From: Diplonema japonicum
Lineage: Eukaryota > Protista > Euglenozoa: Diplonemea
NCBI GenBank assembly: GCA_964019335.1
Contig: OZ025753.1
Location: 225,205-289,204 of the forward strand
DNA: 64,000 nt
Direction: 5' to 3'
Shown here: positions 55,202 to 64,000 of the stretch, in pieces
Position numbering within the stretch: position 1 is the first letter of the stretch
Layout of the letters: each line of letters begins with the position of its first letter
Program-made: the position numbers and the translations under genes
The notes under the pieces: model-generated
Databases searched by the model: none
Seen by the model: only the letters and a program-made list of their open reading frames with translations
Told to the model about the DNA's origin: nothing

Positions 55202-57459
55202 CCACTAAGCCCACAGGCAAAAAACCGAAGCCCATTTTTGAGGCGATTCCAAAAAATTCAAAAAAATGGCAGCATTTAACCATACAAAGTGTTCTTTTTA
55301 TGGAGAAATGACCTCTGGAGACATTCACGTATCAAGGTTTCCCTGAACTGGCTTTTGAACTTATGATTTTTGCCCAACACCCTTTTTGGTAAGGGGGGGA
55401 AGAGGAGTAGAAAAAAGTGCAAAATAAATAATAATAAAATGCACTAAAAACCCCTTGTAACACTATTCTAGCCCAGATTCAGCTTGCGTTTCACACCTCT
55501 CTGGCCAGTGGAGGGGGTCCGGGGGTCCATCAGTAAGTTTCTGGTACTTGTCGGTGTTTCGGGCTCCTGAAGATCATCCTCGGTGATGTCTTCGTTCAGG
55601 TGGTAAAGCCAAAAGCAAGGTGTGGAATAGAGGCACTTGCCACAGGTAGAACATTCATAGCCAGAGGACCTTCTGGGACCCATGCAATGATGGACTACAC
55701 CTATTATGCTAATTTTTGCAGGAAAATGCTCTTTGATGCGGTCAAACGTTACATCCTTCGAGTCTTGTGGTCTCGATGGTGCAGGTTCTTTGCCCATGCA
55801 TTTACAGAGGCCGTGTGCAATGCATTCTTCCAGTTCATTGAACTTGATGGGGGAATTGACGCTCTTCGCAAGTACCCAGCAGTTGAATGAAGAGGCTTTT
55901 GTCAAGCAGGAACCTTAATAGTTTCATCTGCCACCAGCGGCTTTGGACTGCTTTGTGTTGCGTTGGGTGGCAGCGTCGTTCCATCTACACCCCCCATAGG
56001 GGAGGTGTAGGTTTCAACGACCTTTGGAATGGGAGAGGCGACCCTGGACTTTTTCTTTGCCTTGCCGACCCATCTTTGACAAGTGGCGGTCATCTTTGGC
56101 TTGAAAGGGGGTGTGCTCAGGAGAAGCACAAGCTTTCCGCCCCGCCACAAAAAAAAAGTGCATGCCGGGCCTGTTTCGTTGGAACACACGGAACTCTCCC
56201 CTTTTCATCACCTGTCCCCGTTCCTTGATAGTCCGGGAGGCCTTTCCCCAACGCTGCATCACAGCTTCAACCAGCCAGCGGGCCTTGTAGAGTTTGTCAT
56301 GCCGAGCTGATCTCATCTCGATCAGGGTCCCAGGATGGGTCCTTGCACAGATATATGTTTCCAAAGAACAGCTCAAACCGGTTTCCGGACATGACGCGTG
56401 CAAACCTCTGAGTATGCATAATGGAGTCAGGATCGGTTTTCCAGTAGTCACGGAAGTTGGGACGGATGGTGAGGTCCATTAACACCCATAGGCCCGGAAA
56501 CGCTCGGATTTCGGCTTCCGTGACTCTTTTGTCGATTTTGCGGCGCTCCAGGTGGTTGTTTGTGAATGCTGTCAGGCATCGGAGGGTGTATGGTGTAAAA
56601 AGCGAATAAAAAAGCTGGAGAGGGCTCTTCCCTGTTGGGTCGTCTGCTGGTTCGATTACACTGCCTCTTTCCACCCCATTTCCTCCAATTCTTCCACACT
56701 TTCCTCCCCCCAAGTACTACTAGACTCAGAACTACCATTTTCTGACATTTCTTAGCATTCTTCATCACTCTCACGACCAGCCCTCTGCTCCAGTCGAGTA
56801 TTCTTCATTCTCAAATCATTTCCCCCCGGATTTTCGACCTCTCAAATTCTTAAAATAATGCTGAAAAAGGGCAGCATTTAGCCAAACAAAGTGGAAAAAA
56901 TCGTGCAATGGCGTCAGAAAAGTGAAAGAAAGGTCAATTTGACCAAAAGGCCTATATATTTTTTCTTTTTTCGAGCTAACGAGTGGGGTGTACATTTTAG
57001 GCAGACAAGACGACATCACCAAGAGGGCCCGATTGGCAAAAATAATAGAAAAGCTGATGGGCGCAGCCGAGGCACACGCACCAAAGCCATTCATGCCCAG
57101 GGAAATAACAGAATCCGTGGCATTGCGATCGATAGGTGCACCCAAGCGATTGAAGGGGTACACCGGAAGGCCGAAATTCGCATCCAGCAGAACGTGCGAA
57201 ATTCTGGAAAGACGATGCGCAGTACCGACCGCACAGAGAAAAGAGTGGTCCGACCCCTTCGTGCCTGACTACAGAGCACAACAACCTACCAGAACGCAGT
57301 CCACCCTTCCCGCAGCCATGCATCCTTCAGCACAGAAGGGTAGCAACATCCGCTAGCGCGGTTAAGAAGTTGCTCGTACGCCAGGCGGTTTATGAAGCAA
57401 CCAAAGTCATTCTTCTTTTTTTTTATGTCATATATATATATGACATGTGGGTTTAATGG
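55202..57459 (-). mobile_element. Defective piggyBac transposon (family PB-b)
   Basis: TTAA-CCACTAAGCCCACA ... TGTGGGTTTAATGG-TTAA. Minus-strand remnants: SPLQLFYSLFT..VTEAEIRAF..DYWKTD..VMSGNRFE, DKLYKARWLVE, YTSPMGGVD, and the Cys-rich tail YECSTCGKCLYSTPCFWLYH. Confidence 0.9.
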
Positions 57460-59029
57460 TTAAAAAAAGAAAGAAAACGTTTTATATCATCATGTTTTAT
57501 ATTTAAGTAACTTTTTTTCAACCCTCCCCCCCCACCTATTTTAGCAATCACCGAAGTCTGCGTTGAGTTGTTGCAGGTTCACGATACTTTTACGACAAAA
57601 AAAAATAGAAACACTTTATTGTTGTTTTAGTTATCTAAAAGGAATGGTCGTGCAACAATCTGCGTTACAAGCTGACCTTTTTCTTCTTCTTTTCTTTCTC
57701 TCCCCTCTTCTTTTTCTGTAGAGTTAAAAAGGAAGGGGGGGAAAAAAAAGAAGAAATTGCGCACGAAACACAGGTTTTTCTTTTTCTTGTGCTAAATCTT
57801 GTTTGTGCACGCCGTTTGAACTTACAGTAGGGATAAACGGACAAGCTGCCTCTACTATTTTTTAGCAATAACAATTCCTTTCAAAGTTTGATTAGTTCCC
57901 GCAAAAACAAAAGAAAAAAAAGAATGCATAGTTTTTTATTTTATTTTACTTATTTTTTTTACCTGAATTTATCAGAAACTGAAAGAATATTTGAATAATA
58001 CTGTGATGGGGGGGATTCCCCCCCCCCCCCCCCCCCACTACAGCGAGGAAAAAATAAAAAAAAATAAGAAAAAATGAAATAAAAGACTAAACTTCTTTGT
58101 TCCCTTTTTTGTTTTCTCACCAACACGGCCAGCCTGGGGCAATTCACTTGGAAATACCCCCTTCAAAAAAGAAAGGTCAAAACTTCACTCCTTTTAAAGC
58201 TATTTATTTGAAACAAATTATGGCCACAATTTACCCGAGAATCGTGGTTTTTTTTGGCTGAGGGCCTGGAAGGTCCGAAGTCTAGAAAAAAAAAGGAAAA
58301 AAAAAAAAAAAAAACGGTTCGAGAGTAAATGGTATGGCCATATTTTGGTGCAAAATAAGTCATTTTATCTGATTGTTCGGAAATTGAGCCACTCCGATGG
58401 ACCGAGAAAGTGGGCCAAAAACCCCAAAACCAAATGAAAAACAGCCAAAGTGCAGTGACCCAGGCCCGGTTCAGTTCCCAGTGGGGCCGCTTTTTCCCCT
58501 CAGTTTGTCAATTCCCACCAGGTTCAGGCAGGAGACTTCTTCAGCAAGATTCCAAAGAAGCTTGACTCCTTGACTCGGTCCCATTCTCGAACCTTACGGG
58601 TCGCATTTTCCCCTAAAACTGCCCGAATGATTTCAAAAAAAAAAAAACTCGGGGATCGCGAGTTCGAACCCCGCCATGAGCATTCTTACCAATCAATTTA
58701 TAGCTCGGATTATCAAATTATGAGAGGGGAGGCAATCAGGTTATAGGGGGGGTTGGGAAGAAATTTCCGAACTATCAGATACATTCTTTTTTCTTTCTTC
58801 TTTTCTTTTCTTTTCTGCCAATGGCATAACAGCATATTCCCGCATCATCGTGAAAATGAAAGATATTCTAATCCCCCCTCCTCTCCCCGTTTTTCTATGA
58901 TCACGACGATGGGCATGTGAACCGAAACTACTGTCACCATCCTTCCTCTCTGTTTTGACTATTGACTATTGTTAACAAAAGCCTTCGAGACCCTCTCCCG
59001 GTGCACCGAAGACCTCCTCATAGACCAAC

Positions 59030-59690
59030 CAGTGGGGACGCCGGGGAGGGCAGCGTACGTCGGAAGAGGCAAACACACCAGCACAAAGGAGAAGGAAGTG
59101 TGTGCACCAACGACGACGGGAACGGTGGGGGCTGGAACCGTGTACGAAGCTGCATGGCATCCTGCCAAGGGGAGCAGGGAAGGATGTCAGGGAAAGGCTC
59201 GAAGGAACGCAGAGGTACCTGCTGGCGGTGGTGGGGGAACGGGACGCAGCCCTACAAGCGAAGAGGCAGGAGGTGTACCACACACAAGGTCAAGAACACC
59301 CAGTACCGTCGGACAAGGACTTCGGCAAGCTACCGGCAGGGGATGTCCTACGGGAGTACACGAAGGAGGTGCTGAGGTGGATGCGGCAACTGCGCTGGTA
59401 TGCAGGCAGCAGGAACCATTCCCAGCTGAGCCGTGCACAAGGTGCACACACTACGATCCATCGGGAGGACAAGGCGGTGATCGGATGGAACAGGACCGAA
59501 GACCAAGCATGACCTAGAGGCATTGAAAGGACAATGGGCAAGGGAACGAAGAGAAAGAGCGGCCAGGCTGGGGAGAAGGCCGGCAAAACCACCAAAGGAG
59601 GAGAAACCGCTGCTGAAAGGGGATAGGTGCAGGTAGAAGATGAGAACAAGGGGGCGTCTCACAAAGACTTCCTTTAACTCATATATATTG
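59030..59690 (+). mobile_element. Probable degenerate retroelement fragment (family C, longest copy)
   Basis: Purine-rich, coding-like but frameshifted segment. Its 3' part is repeated at 12495-12660 and ~29380, and it is followed by T/A runs. Confidence 0.4.
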
Positions 59691-60237
59691 TTTTTCTTTT
59701 AAAAAAAAAAAAAAATCTTCTATTATGTTTTGGTCCTTCGATTTTAGTTTTTCTCTTTTCCCCTGACTCTATGCTTTTTTCGCATGGACATTGATGTCAT
59801 TCCATTTCTTTCCATTTCCCCTTTTTTCTTTTTTCCCTCTTTCCTCCTCCCTCCTTCCCAAATTGTACTCTCCCACCCCACTCTTTCCTCCCTAGAGTAG
59901 TTCGTTTTTGAATTTGCCTCCTCTTCTTCTTCCCCTCTCTTCCCCCTTAAAAAAAAAAAAATGAGTACAAGAAACCCACGCCTTGCTCTCGGGTTCAAGT
60001 TCCATTTGTCGACTTGTTTTCATTTTCATGTCAGTGGGCTTCCCTCTCCCTTTTTAATTTTGTGTTTCTTTTGCCATTTTTTCTCGACCCCCAGAAGGAG
60101 GAGCACCATAAGGTTGGCATGCCACCGCGGTGGGCCATTGCTAACACTTCGTTTCCTATCATCTTTCTTCCTTTCCTACCATCCCCTTCTTCGTTTGAAA
60201 CTAATAAAAAAAAATTAAAAATTATTAAAAAAAAAAA

Positions 60238-60980
60238 TAACTATTTATTTAGTGAAATAAGATCGTATGATTTTCACGCGTGGTGGCAGTGGTTTAACGA
60301 GTGGGTATATGACTTCACGAGCGAAGCGAGTGAAGTAACATCAACGAGTTAAACTTGCCACCACAAGTGAAAATCAGATCTATTTTAACTAAATCCGTTG
60401 TTTTATTTAACGTCAGTCAGATTTGAAAGGGTGGGGTATTACAGGTTACAAGTTACAAGTTACAAATTTTACTGGGGGTGCTTTTGGTTGATATTGATTG
60501 TCAAGGCATATCCTGTGTGGTGCGGGCTGTGCGTCCATGGGTGCTGACAGGACCTCGGTCTGGACCTGTGGGGCTGCTGCCCGGTTGCTGAGGTTGCCCC
60601 ACTAGCAGCTGTCACCGCTGCTGGCTTGCCAAGCCCACCTCTCTCCCCTTCTGTTGAGGGAGGCGACCGATCCTTGAGTGACGTAAAAAGTGAGATTCCC
60701 AGATTCGAACCGGGGTTTCCAAAACAAGGGGCCTGTGTGGTACCCCTTAGGTGATTCCTTTTCCGTGTTTGCGCCCCCGACCCCTTGCTGTGCAGTGAAA
60801 ATAGGGCAAGCGTGAATATAAAGTACTTTATATTCACTCATAAAGTAATTTTCATTTCTGCCCTTGTTTTCTTCCTAAACAAGCCTGAAATCTGCCGTGA
60901 AAATAAAGTGAAGCGTGAAATTATGTGAAGTATTATATTCACTCCCACCCTTGAAAATCTGACTGGAGTTATATAAAAAG
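60238..60980. mobile_element. Hairpin-rich non-autonomous insertion (Crypton-like architecture)
   Basis: Absent from the paralogous block at 54860-54900. Contains a ~148-nt hairpin (60247-60394) capped by GCGAAGC, an inverted repeat (60414-60435 / 60944-60965) and a 26-bp palindrome (60812-60837). Confidence 0.6.
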
Positions 60981-61199
60981 GGGAAAAAAAAAAAAAAGCT
61001 CGACCTATGAAGTTTTTTTACCGATGAAAATGAAGTAGGGGAAAAGAAGAAGAAGAAGAAAGAAAAAAGAAGAAGGAAAAAAAAGCCCTCCTCGTCAAAA
61101 GAAAAGAAGAAAAGAGACGAAGGTTAAAATTATTGTTCCTCTCTGCTTCTTTTTTTTTTTTTTTTTAGGTGGTGGGGATAACATGGAAAGAAGAAATGG

Positions 61200-61495
61200 C
61201 AAGAAGTACATCAGATGTGTTGTTCACTGTTGGCCTCCACGTCGGTCATACCGGTAGCGCCCGAGTGGGAGAATGTATTGCAGATGCTCAGGGTGACTAT
61301 CAGGCACGCGAGCGCAGAATCTTGGTTACCCGGGGCACCCCGGCTAGGATTGAGTTGCACACCGCACGCATTAAGGACACAGCGCGGAACGCAGAAGAAG
61401 CTACTGCTCGGTCGAGGTGCGCCCCCTGTAATCAAGTAGACTGTGCCTCCAGTTGCTTGTACGCCAGGCGGTTTATAAGCAACCAAAGTCATTCT
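61200..61495. repeat. Dispersed repeat family E, longest copy
   Basis: Contains the segments seen at 1738, 6121, 10146 and 28690. Its 3' tail is also found at 57368-57412. Confidence 0.75.
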
Positions 61496-61518
61496 TTTTC
61501 TTTTTTTTTTCTTTTAAA

Positions 61519-62142
61519 CCCATAACACTCCAAGGCGCAAATATTTGTCGTTTTGAAAAATCATTTTTTTTTCTCCAAGTACTTTTTGATCCCCCCGACC
61601 CCTGGATCTCCAAGAACGACTATAGTGAGGAGCTATTTTCAACTGCAATTCATGCTGCGCTGCATAACTTAACCTTGTTATCCACCACCAAGTGGGTCCC
61701 AAATCCAAGTAGATAGGCTAAAAACGCAAAATTGACAGGTGTGACTGCGCCCAAAAACCGCAAAAGTACAGCCACGGACGGGGTCCAACCTTCATGGGCA
61801 AGGAGTTGGTACCCATAGAGACCATAAAATGGGCTGGTGGGGAGAAAATGAAACTGTCCCGTGGTGCATAGAAATCTGGCGACCACCAGCCACTCAAAGG
61901 GGCACCAGGGTCTGCAGATTGAAAAGATGCACAAAACGCACAATCAACAAATGCTACACCTGTAACACCTCTGTCCTAATAAGTGCTTTTTTCGTACCAC
62001 TCTTCCAAAAAGGCCTCTTGACGATTTCGAGGCCGATATTCCACCCGCAAAGAGGCACTTCTCTCGGTCTGAGACATCTGAGGGGTCCTGATGCTGCCTT
62101 TTTTGCCCCGAGATGCTGAATCTACCCCCCCGTGCACAACCC
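61519..62142 (+). mobile_element. Internally deleted, truncated copy of piggyBac PB-a
   Basis: Reverse complement of ~46845-46465 joined to ~45575-45303. Begins CCCATAACACTCC. Confidence 0.85.
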
Positions 62143-62500
62143 GTAGTAAATATTTTACTTTTGAAGAGTACTTTACTATTATTAGCCTTTCTATTCTCTC
62201 TCCTCCTTACTACTAAAAACATTGTTAAACAAAAGATAGATGGATATTTTACATTTTTTTTTTTTTTTTTTGCCACTCACCTTAACGTGCTCCTCAGTTT
62301 CTGGTAAGAACAAAAAGGAAAAAGGGGGGCAAGGAGTAGTGGCTGCATGCAGTACTGGAACTCAGGATTTGTAACAGTGTGCTGAGAGGCTTTTGGTCCG
62401 AGGTAAAAGAGAAAAAAAAAAGGAGAGGAGAAAAAAAAAAAGAAAAAAAATCTCTGTGTCATGAATAAAAAAAAATGATATTTTATATCTTATCCTCCGG

Positions 62501-62740
62501 ATCCGTTAAGTGACCCTTCGGAAATCGCAATTTGAGGTGCTAAAATCTTTTTCAATTGCTTTTTCTTGGGCTGGAATGGATTTATTTGCGCCCGGGGTCC
62601 AATGTCCGATGTACGGATTTTCTGGAAAAACTTCTTTTCAGTGAACCTTTGGACATTTTTTTTTGATTTCCCCCTGTGTGGCCCTTAGGGATTTCCTTGG
62701 AGGAAACCACCATGGACAAAGGCCGGGTCACTTAGTGGAT
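62501..62740. mobile_element. Small MITE-like element
   Basis: ATCCGTTAAGTGACCC ... GGGTCACTTAGTGGAT imperfect terminal inverted repeats (14/16 match). Confidence 0.55.
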
Positions 62741-63540
62741 GCGAAGCGTGTTATCTTTTTTCGTTTTCTTCTTTCTTTTATTATTTTTTTAAAGTAAACT
62801 TTTTTTCAACCCTCCCCCCCCCCACCTATTTTAGCAATCACCGAAGTCTGCGTTGTGTTGGCTTGTTGCATGGGTTCGAGATACTTACGATTATGTTGTT
62901 TGTGCACAGCCAGGATTAACCTGTAGAAGGATAAGCCCAACAATGCTACCACTACTCTTTTAGCACTAACAATTCATTATCAATATGGTCACCTCTCCGC
63001 TATTTGTCACAAAGTACTGCCCGCAAATTTCATATTTCTTTAAGTGTAAAAATCAAAAGCCATGCCTGGATTTGCTCCAAAAGTGGAATAAAATTTTGAA
63101 TAAGAAAATCATGGCTAGGTGCTGTCATTTTTTTTTACTTTCTTTAAACCCAGCGAAAATTAAGCATGATTTACACTACTTTTCCCTTTAATCCCATGTC
63201 GAAGTTGTGCAAACTGTGTTCATACGCCACGAGAACCGGTACCTTGTTTCTTCAGGAAGGTGGAGTAGCCAACTACATCAGCACCCGAGCCCAGGTACGT
63301 ACATAGAACTCATGAAAAGTGCCTTGGGCGTAACGCAGCCCAATGCGTTGATCACTCCCGGGAGAAACACGAATTGTTCTGCGACTTTGATGCAGAATCG
63401 ATTCATTTTGCACCAAGTCACAATAGCGCAGGCTAACCTGCCGACAATGCATCAAACGCGTTTTCCTTGCAGGGGACTCATGATCTGTAACACAAACGCG
63501 TGTCACTGCTGTCCAAGGAAAAGAACTTGACGATGTCCTT

Positions 63541-64000
63541 ACCCGCAAACCCGCAAACCCGCAAACCCGCAAACCCGCAAACCCGCAAACCCGCAAACCC
63601 GCAAACCCGCAAACCCGCAAACCCGCAAACCCGCAAACCCGCAAACCCGCAAACCCGCAAACCCGCAAACCCGCAAACCCGCAAACCCGCAAACCCGCAA
63701 ACCCGCAAACCCGCAAACCCGCAAACCCGCAAACCCGCAAACCCGCAAACCCGCAAACCCGCAAACCCGCAAACCCGCAAACCCGCAAACCCGCAAACCC
63801 GCAAACCCGCAAACCCGCAAACCCGCAAACCCGCAAACCCGCAAACCCGCAAACCCGCAAACCCGCAAACCCGCAAACCCGCAAACCCGCAAACCCGCAA
63901 ACCCGCAAACCCGCAAACCCGCAAACCCGCAAACCCGCAAACCCGCAAACCCGCAAACCCGCAAACCCGCAAACCCGCAAACCCGCAAACCCGCAAACCC
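63541..64000. repeat. Perfect 8-bp tandem array (ACCCGCAA)n = (TTTGCGGG)n on the minus strand, telomere-like
   Basis: About 57 uninterrupted copies running off the end of the window. Confidence 0.95.

Noticed and set aside
58650-58682. tRNA-like GATCGCGAGTTCGAACCCCGCC
   Set aside because: Only a T-arm/B-box-like half is present; there is no D-arm or acceptor stem upstream.
60691-60760. Minus-strand tRNA-like sequence
   Set aside because: The T-arm is good but the acceptor and anticodon stems do not pair. Treated as a relic inside a mobile element, not a tRNA gene.
63273-63996. Three (RVCGFAGL)n ORFs
   Set aside because: Translations of a stop-free 8-bp tandem repeat.

Overview
Eukaryotic (protist) genomic DNA. 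Every credible cellular gene lies on the + strand, almost all lack introns, and they are separated by poly-T/poly-A tracts, often with an AG acceptor just before the ATG. This polycistronic, trans-splicing-like layout, together with the gene content, suggests a euglenozoan, most likely a diplonemid (inference). The first ~40 kb is a unidirectional gene cluster. It holds a glutathione peroxidase with an in-frame TGA at its catalytic residue (putative selenoprotein, missed by the ORF track), a membrane adenylate cyclase, an actin-fold protein with WWE-like and F-box-like inserts, a 1754-aa alpha-solenoid protein plus a partial duplicate, a kinase with a beta-rich tail, and two tandem SHOCT + triple-NYN-like paralogues. 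It also holds five genes with an N-terminal ubiquitin-like domain fused to different C-terminal modules (IQ-like, ANK, TPR, ANK, LRR), a dual-acylated PTP/DSP phosphatase, a Rab32-like/TIR-like/Arf-like fusion and a histidine acid phosphatase. The last ~24 kb is mostly decayed DNA: WSC, LVIVD and SLC34 relics, several piggyBac elements with TTAA sites, MITEs, a hairpin-rich Crypton-like insert and SINE-like repeats. It also contains one intact Pro/Thr-repeat surface protein and ends in a perfect (ACCCGCAA)n array. Domain calls come from visual motif recognition, not database searches.
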